Source of the DNA: the human T2T-CHM13v2.0 reference genome, Homo sapiens
DNA length: 64,000 nt
Assembly: GCF_009914755.1 (NCBI RefSeq)
Contig: NC_060927.1
Reading direction: 5' to 3' (one strand)
Notes under the pieces: generated by a model
What the model was told of the DNA's origin: nothing
The model's database searches: none
Seen by the model: only the letters and a program-made list of their open reading frames with translations
Shown here: piece after piece, positions 38,701-53,700 of the stretch
Numbering within the stretch: the stretch's first letter is position 1
How the letters are laid out: each line of letters begins with the position of its first letter
Translations under genes and position numbers: made by a program

Positions 38701-41700
38701 TTCTGCAAAAAGAGTGTTTCAAAACCGCTCCATTAAAAGGAATGTTGAACTCTGTGAGTTGAATGCAAACATCACAACTCAGTTGCTGAGAATGCTTCTG
38801 ACTAGATTTTATGGTAAGATATTTCCTTTTCTACCGTAGGCTTCAATGCCCTCTAAATACACCCTTGCAAATTCTACAAAGAGACTGTTTCATAACTGCT
38901 CTATAGGAAGAAAGGTTCAACTCTGTGAGTTGAATGCAGAGATCACAACGTGGTTTCTGCGAATGATTCTTTGTAGTTTTTACATGAAGATATTTCGTTG
39001 TCAACCGTAGGCTTCAAAGCACTCAAAGTATTCACTTGGAACTTTTACAAAAAGAGTGTTAGAAAACTGCTCTTTCCAAAGTAAGGTTCAACTCTGTGAG
39101 TTGAATGCACACATAACAATCAAGAAGTTTCTGAGAATTCTTCTGTCCTGGTTTATATGAAGAAATCCCGTTTCCAACGAAGGCCTCAAAGACGTTTAAA
39201 TATCCACTTGCAGACTTCACAAACAGAGGGTTTCCAAACTGCTCTATGAAAAGAAAGGTTAAACTCTGTGAGTTGAACGCACACATCACAAAGTAGCTTC
39301 TGAGAATGATACTGTCTAGTTTTTATACGAAGATATTTCCTTTCTACCATTGGCGTCAAAGCGCTAGAATTCTCCACTTGCAAATTCCACAAAAAGAGTG
39401 TTTCCAATCTGCTCTGTCTAAAGGAAGGTTCAACTCTGTGAGTTGAATACACACACACAAAGAAGCTACTGAGAATTCTTTTGTCAAGAATTACAAGAAG
39501 AAATCCCGTTTCCAACGAAGGCCTCAAAGAGTTCCAAATATCCACTTGCACACTGCACAAACTAAGTCTTTCCAAACTGCTCTATGCAAAGAAATGTTCA
39601 ACTCTGTGAGTTTAATACGCACATCACAAAGCAGTTTCTGAGAATGATACTGTCTAGTTTTTATACGAAGATATTTCCTTTTGTACCATTGGCCTCATAC
39701 TGCTAGAATTTTCCACTTGCAAATTCCACAAAAAGAGTGTTTCCAATCCGCTCTGTCTAAAGGAAGGTTCAACTCTCTGATTTGAATACATACATCCCAA
39801 AAGAAGTTCCTGAGAATTCTTCTGTCTAGCATTATGTGAAGAAATCCCGTTTCCAACGAAAGCCTCAAAGAGGTCCAAATATCCAGTTGCAGAATTTACA
39901 AACTGACTGTTTCCAAACTCATCTATGAAAAGAAAGGTTAAACTCTGGGAGTTGAATGCACATATCACAAAGTAGTTCCTGAGAATGATTCTGTCTAGTT
40001 TTCATACGAAGATATTTCCTTTTCCACCAATGGCCTCAAAGTGCTTGAAATCTCCCCTTGCAAATTCCACAGACAAGTGTTTCAAATCTGCACTGTCTAA
40101 AGGAAGGTTCAACCCTGTGAGTTGAATACACACACACAGAAAAAAATTCACTGAGAATTCTATTGTCTATCATTACACGAAGAAATCCCGTTTACTACGA
40201 AGGCCTCAAAGAGGTCCAAATATCCAGCTGCAGACATTACAAACTGAGTGTTTCCAAAGTGCTCTATGAAAAGAAGTGTTAAACACTGTGAGTTCAATGC
40301 ACACATCCCAAAGCAGTTTCTGAGAATGATTCCGTCTATTTTTTCTACGAAGATATTTCCTTTTCTGCCGTTGGCCTCAAAGCGCTTGAAATCTCCACTT
40401 GCAAATTCCACAAAAAGAGAGTTTCAAATCTGCTCTGTCTAAAGGAAGGTTCAACTCTGTGAGTTGAATACACACCACAAAAAGAAGTTACTGAGAATTC
40501 TTCTGTCTAGCATTATATGAAAAATCCCGTTTCCAACGAAGGCCACAAAGAGGTCCAAATATCCACTTGCAGATTCTGCAAAAAGAGTGTTTCCAAACTG
40601 CTCTATGAAAAGAAACGTTAAACTCTGTGAGTTGAACGCAAACATCACAAAGTAGTTTCTGAGAATGACTCCGTCTAGTTTTTATACGAAGATATTTCCT
40701 TTCCTACCATTCACTTCAAAGCGCTTGAAGTCTCCCCCTGAAAATTCCACAAAAAGTGTTTCCAATCTGCTCTGCCTAAAGGAAGCTTCAACTCTGTGAC
40801 TTGAATACCCACAACCCAAAGAAGTTACTGAGAATTCTTCTGTCTAGCATTATATGAAGAAATCCCGTTTCCAACGAAGGCCTCAAATACATCCAAATAT
40901 CCAGTTGCTGACTTTACAAACTGAGTGTTTCCAAACTGCTCTATGAAAAGAAAGGTTAAACACTGTGAGTTGAACACACACGTACCAAAGTAGTTTCTGA
41001 GAATGATTCTGTCTAGTTTGCATACGAAGATATTTCCTTTTCTACCATTGGCCTCAAAGCTCTGAAATCTCCACTTGCAAATTCCACAAAAAGAGAGTTT
41101 CAAATCTGCTGTTTCTAAAGGAAAGTTCAACTCTGAGAGTTGAATACACACCAGAAAAAGCAGTTACTGAGAAGTCTTCTGTCTAGCATTATATGAAGAA
41201 ATCCCATTTCCAACGAAGACTTCAAAGAGGTCCAAATATCCACTTGCAGATTCTGCAAAAAGAGTGTTTCGAAACAACTGTATGAAAAGAAAGGTTAAAC
41301 ACTGTGAGTTGAACGCACACATTGCAAAGCAGTTTCTGAGAATGATTCCGTCTAATTATTATACGAAGGTATTTCCTTTTCTATCATTGGCCTCAAAGCG
41401 CTTGATACCTCCACCTGAAAATTCCACAAAAAGAGTGTTTCCAATCTACTCTGTCTAAAGGAACGTTCAACTCTGTGAGTTGAATACACACACACAGAAA
41501 GAATTCACTGAGAATTCTTCTGTCTGGCATTACGTGAAGAAATCCCGTTTCCAACGAAGGCCTCAAAGAGGTCCAAATATCCACTTGCAGATTCTGCAAA
41601 AAGAGTGTTTCAAAACCGCTCCATTAAAAGGAATGTTGAACTCTGTGAGTTGAATGCAAACATCACAACTCAGTTGCTGAGAATGCTTCTGACTAGATTT

Positions 41701-44700
41701 TATGGTAAGATATTTCCTTTTCTACCGTAGGCTTCAATGCCCTCTAAATACACCCTTGCAAATTCTACAAAGAGACTGTTTCATAACTGCTCTATAGGAA
41801 GAAAGGTTCAACTCTGTGAGTTGAATGCAGAGATCACAACGTGGTTTCTGCGAATGATTCTTTGTAGTTTTTACATGAAGATATTTCGTTGTCAACCGTA
41901 GGCTTCAAAGCACTCAAAGTATTCACTTGGAACTTTTACAAAAAGAGTGTTAGAAAACTGCTCTTTCCAAAGTAAGGTTCAACTCTGTGAGTTGAATGCA
42001 CACATAACAATCAAGAAGTTTCTGAGAATTCTTCTGTCCTGGTTTATATGAAGAAATCCCGTTTCCAACGAAGGCCTCAAAGACGTTTAAATATCCACTT
42101 GCAGACTTCACAAACAGAGGGTTTCCAAACTGCTCTATGAAAAGAAAGGTTAAACTCTGTGAGTTGAACGCACACATCACAAAGTAGCTTCTGAGAATGA
42201 TACTGTCTAGTTTTTATACGAAGATATTTCCTTTCTACCATTGGCGTCAAAGCGCTAGAATTCTCCACTTGCAAATTCCACAAAAAGAGTGTTTCCAATC
42301 TGCTCTGTCTAAAGGAAGGTTCAACTCTGTGAGTTGAATACACACACACAAAGAAGCTACTGAGAATTCTTTTGTCAAGAATTACAAGAAGAAATCCCGT
42401 TTCCAACGAAGGCCTCAAAGAGTTCCAAATATCCACTTGCACACTGCACAAACTAAGTCTTTCCAAACTGCTCTATGCAAAGAAATGTTCAACTCTGTGA
42501 GTTTAATACGCACATCACAAAGCAGTTTCTGAGAATGATACTGTCTAGTTTTTATACGAAGATATTTCCTTTTGTACCATTGGCCTCATACTGCTAGAAT
42601 TTTCCACTTGCAAATTCCACAAAAAGAGTGTTTCCAATCCGCTCTGTCTAAAGGAAGGTTCAACTCTCTGATTTGAATACATACATCCCAAAAGAAGTTC
42701 CTGAGAATTCTTCTGTCTAGCATTATGTGAAGAAATCCCGTTTCCAACGAAAGCCTCAAAGAGGTCCAAATATCCAGTTGCAGAATTTACAAACTGACTG
42801 TTTCCAAACTCATCTATGAAAAGAAAGGTTAAACTCTGGGAGTTGAATGCACATATCACAAAGTAGTTCCTGAGAATGATTCTGTCTAGTTTTCATACGA
42901 AGATATTTCCTTTTCCACCAATGGCCTCAAAGTGCTTGAAATCTCCCCTTGCAAATTCCACAGACAAGTGTTTCAAATCTGCACTGTCTAAAGGAAGGTT
43001 CAACCCTGTGAGTTGAATACACACACACAGAAAAAAATTCACTGAGAATTCTATTGTCTATCATTACACGAAGAAATCCCGTTTACTACGAAGGCCTCAA
43101 AGAGGTCCAAATATCCAGCTGCAGACATTACAAACTGAGTGTTTCCAAAGTGCTCTATGAAAAGAAGTGTTAAACACTGTGAGTTCAATGCACACATCCC
43201 AAAGCAGTTTCTGAGAATGATTCCGTCTATTTTTTCTACGAAGATATTTCCTTTTCTGCCGTTGGCCTCAAAGCGCTTGAAATCTCCACTTGCAAATTCC
43301 ACAAAAAGAGAGTTTCAAATCTGCTCTGTCTAAAGGAAGGTTCAACTCTGTGAGTTGAATACACACCACAAAAAGAAGTTACTGAGAATTCTTCTGTCTA
43401 GCATTATATGAAAAATCCCGTTTCCAACGAAGGCCACAAAGAGGTCCAAATATCCACTTGCAGATTCTGCAAAAAGAGTGTTTCCAAACTGCTCTATGAA
43501 AAGAAACGTTAAACTCTGTGAGTTGAACGCAAACATCACAAAGTAGTTTCTGAGAATGACTCCGTCTAGTTTTTATACGAAGATATTTCCTTTCCTACCA
43601 TTCACTTCAAAGCGCTTGAAGTCTCCCCCTGAAAATTCCACAAAAAGTGTTTCCAATCTGCTCTGCCTAAAGGAAGCTTCAACTCTGTGACTTGAATACC
43701 CACAACCCAAAGAAGTTACTGAGAATTCTTCTGTCTAGCATTATATGAAGAAATCCCGTTTCCAACGAAGGCCTCAAATACATCCAAATATCCAGTTGCT
43801 GACTTTACAAACTGAGTGTTTCCAAACTGCTCTATGAAAAGAAAGGTTAAACACTGTGAGTTGAACACACACGTACCAAAGTAGTTTCTGAGAATGATTC
43901 TGTCTAGTTTGCATACGAAGATATTTCCTTTTCTACCATTGGCCTCAAAGCTCTGAAATCTCCACTTGCAAATTCCACAAAAAGAGAGTTTCAAATCTGC
44001 TGTTTCTAAAGGAAAGTTCAACTCTGAGAGTTGAATACACACCAGAAAAAGCAGTTACTGAGAAGTCTTCTGTCTAGCATTATATGAAGAAATCCCATTT
44101 CCAACGAAGACTTCAAAGAGGTCCAAATATCCACTTGCAGATTCTGCAAAAAGAGTGTTTCGAAACAACTGTATGAAAAGAAAGGTTAAACACTGTGAGT
44201 TGAACGCACACATTGCAAAGCAGTTTCTGAGAATGATTCCGTCTAATTATTATACGAAGGTATTTCCTTTTCTATCATTGGCCTCAAAGCGCTTGATACC
44301 TCCACCTGAAAATTCCACAAAAAGAGTGTTTCCAATCTACTCTGTCTAAAGGAACGTTCAACTCTGTGAGTTGAATACACACACACAGAAAGAATTCACT
44401 GAGAATTCTTCTGTCTGGCATTACGTGAAGAAATCCCGTTTCCAACGAAGGCCTCAAAGAGGTCCAAATATCCACTTGCAGATTCTGCAAAAAGAGTGTT
44501 TCAAAACCGCTCCATTAAAAGGAATGTTGAACTCTGTGAGTTGAATGCAAACATCACAACTCAGTTGCTGAGAATGCTTCTGACTAGATTTTATGGTAAG
44601 ATATTTCCTTTTCTACCGTAGGCTTCAATGCCCTCTAAATACACCCTTGCAAATTCTACAAAGAGACTGTTTCATAACTGCTCTATAGGAAGAAAGGTTC

Positions 44701-47700
44701 AACTCTGTGAGTTGAATGCAGAGATCACAACGTGGTTTCTGCGAATGATTCTTTGTAGTTTTTACATGAAGATATTTCGTTGTCAACCGTAGGCTTCAAA
44801 GCACTCAAAGTATTCACTTGGAACTTTTACAAAAAGAGTGTTAGAAAACTGCTCTTTCCAAAGTAAGGTTCAACTCTGTGAGTTGAATGCACACATAACA
44901 ATCAAGAAGTTTCTGAGAATTCTTCTGTCCTGGTTTATATGAAGAAATCCCGTTTCCAACGAAGGCCTCAAAGACGTTTAAATATCCACTTGCAGACTTC
45001 ACAAACAGAGGGTTTCCAAACTGCTCTATGAAAAGAAAGGTTAAACTCTGTGAGTTGAACGCACACATCACAAAGTAGCTTCTGAGAATGATACTGTCTA
45101 GTTTTTATACGAAGATATTTCCTTTCTACCATTGGCGTCAAAGCGCTAGAATTCTCCACTTGCAAATTCCACAAAAAGAGTGTTTCCAATCTGCTCTGTC
45201 TAAAGGAAGGTTCAACTCTGTGAGTTGAATACACACACACAAAGAAGCTACTGAGAATTCTTTTGTCAAGAATTACAAGAAGAAATCCCGTTTCCAACGA
45301 AGGCCTCAAAGAGTTCCAAATATCCACTTGCACACTGCACAAACTAAGTCTTTCCAAACTGCTCTATGCAAAGAAATGTTCAACTCTGTGAGTTTAATAC
45401 GCACATCACAAAGCAGTTTCTGAGAATGATACTGTCTAGTTTTTATACGAAGATATTTCCTTTTGTACCATTGGCCTCATACTGCTAGAATTTTCCACTT
45501 GCAAATTCCACAAAAAGAGTGTTTCCAATCCGCTCTGTCTAAAGGAAGGTTCAACTCTCTGATTTGAATACATACATCCCAAAAGAAGTTCCTGAGAATT
45601 CTTCTGTCTAGCATTATGTGAAGAAATCCCGTTTCCAACGAAAGCCTCAAAGAGGTCCAAATATCCAGTTGCAGAATTTACAAACTGACTGTTTCCAAAC
45701 TCATCTATGAAAAGAAAGGTTAAACTCTGGGAGTTGAATGCACATATCACAAAGTAGTTCCTGAGAATGATTCTGTCTAGTTTTCATACGAAGATATTTC
45801 CTTTTCCACCAATGGCCTCAAAGTGCTTGAAATCTCCCCTTGCAAATTCCACAGACAAGTGTTTCAAATCTGCACTGTCTAAAGGAAGGTTCAACCCTGT
45901 GAGTTGAATACACACACACAGAAAAAAATTCACTGAGAATTCTATTGTCTATCATTACACGAAGAAATCCCGTTTACTACGAAGGCCTCAAAGAGGTCCA
46001 AATATCCAGCTGCAGACATTACAAACTGAGTGTTTCCAAAGTGCTCTATGAAAAGAAGTGTTAAACACTGTGAGTTCAATGCACACATCCCAAAGCAGTT
46101 TCTGAGAATGATTCCGTCTATTTTTTCTACGAAGATATTTCCTTTTCTGCCGTTGGCCTCAAAGCGCTTGAAATCTCCACTTGCAAATTCCACAAAAAGA
46201 GAGTTTCAAATCTGCTCTGTCTAAAGGAAGGTTCAACTCTGTGAGTTGAATACACACCACAAAAAGAAGTTACTGAGAATTCTTCTGTCTAGCATTATAT
46301 GAAAAATCCCGTTTCCAACGAAGGCCACAAAGAGGTCCAAATATCCACTTGCAGATTCTGCAAAAAGAGTGTTTCCAAACTGCTCTATGAAAAGAAACGT
46401 TAAACTCTGTGAGTTGAACGCAAACATCACAAAGTAGTTTCTGAGAATGACTCCGTCTAGTTTTTATACGAAGATATTTCCTTTCCTACCATTCACTTCA
46501 AAGCGCTTGAAGTCTCCCCCTGAAAATTCCACAAAAAGTGTTTCCAATCTGCTCTGCCTAAAGGAAGCTTCAACTCTGTGACTTGAATACCCACAACCCA
46601 AAGAAGTTACTGAGAATTCTTCTGTCTAGCATTATATGAAGAAATCCCGTTTCCAACGAAGGCCTCAAATACATCCAAATATCCAGTTGCTGACTTTACA
46701 AACTGAGTGTTTCCAAACTGCTCTATGAAAAGAAAGGTTAAACACTGTGAGTTGAACACACACGTACCAAAGTAGTTTCTGAGAATGATTCTGTCTAGTT
46801 TGCATACGAAGATATTTCCTTTTCTACCATTGGCCTCAAAGCTCTGAAATCTCCACTTGCAAATTCCACAAAAAGAGAGTTTCAAATCTGCTGTTTCTAA
46901 AGGAAAGTTCAACTCTGAGAGTTGAATACACACCAGAAAAAGCAGTTACTGAGAAGTCTTCTGTCTAGCATTATATGAAGAAATCCCATTTCCAACGAAG
47001 ACTTCAAAGAGGTCCAAATATCCACTTGCAGATTCTGCAAAAAGAGTGTTTCGAAACAACTGTATGAAAAGAAAGGTTAAACACTGTGAGTTGAACGCAC
47101 ACATTGCAAAGCAGTTTCTGAGAATGATTCCGTCTAATTATTATACGAAGGTATTTCCTTTTCTATCATTGGCCTCAAAGCGCTTGATACCTCCACCTGA
47201 AAATTCCACAAAAAGAGTGTTTCCAATCTACTCTGTCTAAAGGAACGTTCAACTCTGTGAGTTGAATACACACACACAGAAAGAATTCACTGAGAATTCT
47301 TCTGTCTGGCATTACATGAAGAAATCCCGTTTCCAACGAAGGCCTCAAAGAGGTCCAAATATCCACTTGCAGATTCTGCAAAAAGAGTGTTTCAAAACCG
47401 CTCCATTAAAAGGAATGTTGAACTCTGTGAGTTGAATGCAAACATCACAACTCAGTTGCTGAGAATGCTTCTGACTAGATTTTATGGTAAGATATTTCCT
47501 TTTCTACCGTAGGCTTCAATGCCCTCTAAATACACCCTTGCAAATTCTACAAAGAGACTGTTTCATAACTGCTCTATAGGAAGAAAGGTTCAACTCTGTG
47601 AGTTGAATGCAGAGATCACAACGTGGTTTCTGCGAATGATTCTTTGTAGTTTTTACATGAAGATATTTCGTTGTCAACCGTAGGCTTCAAAGCACTCAAA

Positions 47701-50700
47701 GTATTCACTTGGAACTTTTACAAAAAGAGTGTTAGAAAACTGCTCTTTCCAAAGTAAGGTTCAACTCTGTGAGTTGAATGCACACATAACAATCAAGAAG
47801 TTTCTGAGAATTCTTCTGTCCTGGTTTATATGAAGAAATCCCGTTTCCAACGAAGGCCTCAAAGACGTTTAAATATCCACTTGCAGACTTCACAAACAGA
47901 GGGTTTCCAAACTGCTCTATGAAAAGAAAGGTTAAACTCTGTGAGTTGAACGCACACATCACAAAGTAGCTTCTGAGAATGATACTGTCTAGTTTTTATA
48001 CGAAGATATTTCCTTTCTACCATTGGTGTCAAAGCGCTAGAATTCTCCACTTGCAAATTCCACAAAAAGAGTGTTTCCAATCTGCTCTGTCTAAAGGAAG
48101 GTTCAACTCTGTGAGTTGAATACACACACACAAAGAAGCTACTGAGAATTCTTTTGTCAAGAATTATAAGAAGAAATCCCGTTTCCAACGAAGGCCTCAA
48201 AGAGTTCCAAATATCCACTTGCACACTGCACAAACTAAGTCTTTCCAAACTGCTCTATGCAAAGAAATGTTCAACTCTGTGAGTTTAATACGCACATCAC
48301 AAAGCAGTTTCTGAGAATGATACTGTCTAGTTTTTATACGAAGATATTTCCTTTTGTACCATTGGCCTCATACTGCTAGAATTTTCCACTTGCAAATTCC
48401 ACAAAAAGAGTGTTTCCAATCCGCTCTGTCTAAAGGAAGGTTCAACTCTCTGATTTGAATACATACATCCCAAAAGAAGTTACTGAGAATTCTTCTGGCT
48501 AGCATTATGTGAAGAAATCCCGTTTCCAACGAAAGCCTCAAAGAGGTCCAAATATCCAGTTGCAGAATTTACAAACTGACTGTTTCCAAACTCATCTATG
48601 AAAAGAAAGGTTAAACTCTGGGAGTTGAATGCACATATCACAAAGTAGTTCCTGAGAATGATTCTGTCTAGTTTTCATACGAAGATATTTCCTTTTCCAC
48701 CAATGGCCTCAAAGTGCTTGAAATCTCCCCTTGCAAATTCCACAGACAAGTGTTTCAAATCTGCACTGTCTAAAGGAAGGTTCAACCCTGTGAGTTGAAT
48801 ACACACACACAGAAAAAAATTCACTGAGAATTCTATTGTCTATCATTACACGAAGAAATCCCGTTTACTACGAAGGCCTCAAAGAGGTCCAAATATCCAG
48901 CTGCAGACATTACAAACTGAGTGTTTCCAAAGTGCTCTATGAAAAGAAGTGTTAAACACTGTGAGTTCAATGCACACATCCCAAAGCAGTTTCTGAGAAT
49001 GATTCCGTCTATTTTTTCTACGAAGATATTTCCTTTTCTGCCGTTGGCCTCAAAGCGCTTGAAATCTCCACTTGCAAATTCCACAAAAAGAGAGTTTCAA
49101 ATCTGCTCTGTCTAAAGGAAGGTTCAACTCTGTGAGTTGAATACACACCACAAAAAGAAGTTACTGAGAATTCTTCTGTCTAGCATTATATGAAAAATCC
49201 CGTTTCCAACGAAGGCCACAAAGAGGTCCAAATATCCACTTGCAGATTCTGCAAAAAGAGTGTTTCCAAACTGCTCTATGAAAAGAAACGTTAAACTCTG
49301 TGAGTTGAACGCAAACATCACAAAGTAGTTTCTGAGAATGACTCCGTCTAGTTTTTATACGAAGATATTTCCTTTCCTACCATTCACTTCAAAGCGCTTG
49401 AAGTCTCCCCCTGAAAATTCCACAAAAAGTGTTTCCAATCTGCTCCGCCTAAAGGAAGCTTCAACTCTGTGACTTGAATACCCACAACCCAAAGAAGTTA
49501 CTGAGAATTCTTCTGTCTAGCATTATATGAAGAAATCCCGTTTCCAACGAAGGCCTCAAATACATCCAAATATCCAGTTGCTGACTTTACAAACTGAGTG
49601 TTTCCAAACTGCTCTATGAAAAGAAAGGTTAAACACTGTGAGTTGAACACACACGTACCAAAGTAGTTTCTGAGAATGATTCTGTCTAGTTTGCATACGA
49701 AGATATTTCCTTTTCTACCATTGGCCTCAAAGCTCTGAAATCTCCACTTGCAAATTCCACAAAAAGAGAGTTTCAAATCTGCTGTTTCTAAAGGAAAGTT
49801 CAACTCTGAGAGTTGAATACACACCAGAAAAAGCAGTTACTGAGAAGTCTTCTGTCTAGCATTATATGAAGAAATCCCATTTCCAACGAAGACTTCAAAG
49901 AGGTCCAAATATCCACTTGCAGATTCTGCAAAAAGAGTGTTTCGAAACAACTCTATGAAAAGAAAGGTTAAACACTGTGAGTTGAACGCACACATTGCAA
50001 AGCAGTTTCTGAGAATGATTCCGTCTAATTATTATACGAAGGTATTTCCTTTTCTATCATTGGCCTCAAAGCGCTTGATACCTCCACCTGAAAATTCCAC
50101 AAAAAGAGTGTTTCCAATCTACTCTGTCTAAAGGAACGTTCAACTCTGTGAGTTGAATACACACACACTAAAAGAATTCACTGAGAATTCTTCTGTCTGG
50201 CATTACATGAAGAAATCCCGTTTCCAACGAAGGCCTCAAAGAGGTCCAAATATCCACTTGCAGATTCTGCAAAAAGAGTGTTTCAAAACCGCTCCATTAA
50301 AAGGAATGTTGAACTCTGTGAGTTGAATGCAAACATCACAACTCAGTTGCTGAGAATGCTTCTGACTAGATTTTATGGTAAGATATTTCCTTTTCTACCG
50401 TAGGCTTCAATGCCCTCTAAATACACCCTTGCAAATTCTACAAAGAGACTGTTTCATAACTGCTCTATAGGAAGAAAGGTTCAACTCTGTGAGTTGAATG
50501 CAGAGATCACAACGTGGTTTCTGCGAATGATTCTTTGTAGTTTTTACATGAAGATATTTCGTTGTCAACCGTAGGCTTCAAAGCACTCAAAGTATTCACT
50601 TGGAACTTTTACAAAAAGAGTGTTAGAAAACTGCTCTTTCCAAAGTAAGGTTCAACTCTGTGAGTTGAATGCACACATAACAATCAAGAAGTTTCTGAGA

Positions 50701-53700
50701 ATTCTTCTGTCCTGGTTTATATGAAGAAATCCCGTTTCCAACGAAGGCCTCAAAGACGTTTAAATATCCACTTGCAGACTTCACAAACAGAGGGTTTCCA
50801 AACTGCTCTATGAAAAGAAAGGTTAAACTCTGTGAGTTGAACGCACACATCACAAAGTAGCTTCTGAGAATGATACTGTCTAGTTTTTATACGAAGATAT
50901 TTCCTTTCTACCATTGGTGTCAAAGCGCTAGAATTCTCCACTTGCAAATTCCACAAAAAGAGTGTTTCCAATCTGCTCTGTCTAAAGGAAGGTTCAACTC
51001 TGTGAGTTGAATACACACACACAAAGAAGCTACTGAGAATTCTTTTGTCAAGAATTATAAGAAGAAATCCCGTTTCCAACGAAGGCCTCAAAGAGTTCCA
51101 AATATCCACTTGCACACTGCACAAACTAAGTCTTTCCAAACTGCTCTATGCAAAGAAATGTTCAACTCTGTGAGTTTAATACGCACATCACAAAGCAGTT
51201 TCTGAGAATGATACTGTCTAGTTTTTATACGAAGATATTTCCTTTTGTACCATTGGCCTCATACTGCTAGAATTTTCCACTTGCAAATTCCACAAAAAGA
51301 GTGTTTCCAATCCGCTCTGTCTAAAGGAAGGTTCAACTCTCTGATTTGAATACATACATCCCAAAAGAAGTTACTGAGAATTCTTCTGGCTAGCATTATG
51401 TGAAGAAATCCCGTTTCCAACGAAAGCCTCAAAGAGGTCCAAATATCCAGTTGCAGAATTTACAAACTGACTGTTTCCAAACTCATCTATGAAAAGAAAG
51501 GTTAAACTCTGGGAGTTGAATGCACATATCACAAAGTAGTTCCTGAGAATGATTCTGTCTAGTTTTCATACGAAGATATTTCCTTTTCCACCAATGGCCT
51601 CAAAGTGCTTGAAATCTCCCCTTGCAAATTCCACAGACAAGTGTTTCAAATCTGCACTGTCTAAAGGAAGGTTCAACCCTGTGAGTTGAATACACACACA
51701 CAGAAAAAAATTCACTGAGAATTCTATTGTCTATCATTACACGAAGAAATCCCGTTTACTACGAAGGCCTCAAAGAGGTCCAAATATCCAGCTGCAGACA
51801 TTACAAACTGAGTGTTTCCAAAGTGCTCTATGAAAAGAAGTGTTAAACACTGTGAGTTCAATGCACACATCCCAAAGCAGTTTCTGAGAATGATTCCGTC
51901 TATTTTTTCTACGAAGATATTTCCTTTTCTGCCGTTGGCCTCAAAGCGCTTGAAATCTCCACTTGCAAATTCCACAAAAAGAGAGTTTCAAATCTGCTCT
52001 GTCTAAAGGAAGGTTCAACTCTGTGAGTTGAATACACACCACAAAAAGAAGTTACTGAGAATTCTTCTGTCTAGCATTATATGAAAAATCCCGTTTCCAA
52101 CGAAGGCCACAAAGAGGTCCAAATATCCACTTGCAGATTCTGCAAAAAGAGTGTTTCCAAACTGCTCTATGAAAAGAAACGTTAAACTCTGTGAGTTGAA
52201 CGCAAACATCACAAAGTAGTTTCTGAGAATGACTCCGTCTAGTTTTTATACGAAGATATTTCCTTTCCTACCATTCACTTCAAAGCGCTTGAAGTCTCCC
52301 CCTGAAAATTCCACAAAAAGTGTTTCCAATCTGCTCCGCCTAAAGGAAGCTTCAACTCTGTGACTTGAATACCCACAACCCAAAGAAGTTACTGAGAATT
52401 CTTCTGTCTAGCATTATATGAAGAAATCCCGTTTCCAACGAAGGCCTCAAATACATCCAAATATCCAGTTGCTGACTTTACAAACTGAGTGTTTCCAAAC
52501 TGCTCTATGAAAAGAAAGGTTAAACACTGTGAGTTGAACACACACGTACCAAAGTAGTTTCTGAGAATGATTCTGTCTAGTTTGCATACGAAGATATTTC
52601 CTTTTCTACCATTGGCCTCAAAGCTCTGAAATCTCCACTTGCAAATTCCACAAAAAGAGAGTTTCAAATCTGCTGTTTCTAAAGGAAAGTTCAACTCTGA
52701 GAGTTGAATACACACCAGAAAAAGCAGTTACTGAGAAGTCTTCTGTCTAGCATTATATGAAGAAATCCCATTTCCAACGAAGACTTCAAAGAGGTCCAAA
52801 TATCCACTTGCAGATTCTGCAAAAAGAGTGTTTCGAAACAACTGTATGAAAAGAAAGGTTAAACACTGTGAGTTGAACGCACACATTGCAAAGCAGTTTC
52901 TGAGAATGATTCCGTCTAATTATTATACGAAGGTATTTCCTTTTCTATCATTGGCCTCAAAGCGCTTGATACCTCCACCTGAAAATTCCACAAAAAGAGT
53001 GTTTCCAATCTACTCTGTCTAAAGGAACGTTCAACTCTGTGAGTTGAATACACACACACAGAAAGAATTCACTGAGAATTCTTCTGTCTGGCATTACATG
53101 AAGAAATCCCGTTTCCAACGAAGGCCTCAAAGAGGTCCAAATATCCACTTGCAGATTCTGCAAAAAGAGTGTTTCAAAACCGCTCCATTAAAAGGAATGT
53201 TGAACTCTGTGAGTTGAATGCAAACATCACAACTCAGTTGCTGAGAATGCTTCTGACTAGATTTTATGGTAAGATATTTCCTTTTCTACCGTAGGCTTCA
53301 ATGCCCTCTAAATACACCCTTGCAAATTCTACAAAGAGACTGTTTCATAACTGCTCTATAGGAAGAAAGGTTCAACTCTGTGAGTTGAATGCAGAGATCA
53401 CAACGTGGTTTCTGCGAATGATTCTTTGTAGTTTTTACATGAAGATATTTCGTTGTCAACCGTAGGCTTCAAAGCACTCAAAGTATTCACTTGGAACTTT
53501 TACAAAAAGAGTGTTAGAAAACTGCTCTTTCCAAAGTAAGGTTCAACTCTGTGAGTTGAATGCACACATAACAATCAAGAAGTTTCTGAGAATTCTTCTG
53601 TCCTGGTTTATATGAAGAAATCCCGTTTCCAACGAAGGCCTCAAAGACGTTTAAATATCCACTTGCAGACTTCACAAACAGAGGGTTTCCAAACTGCTCT

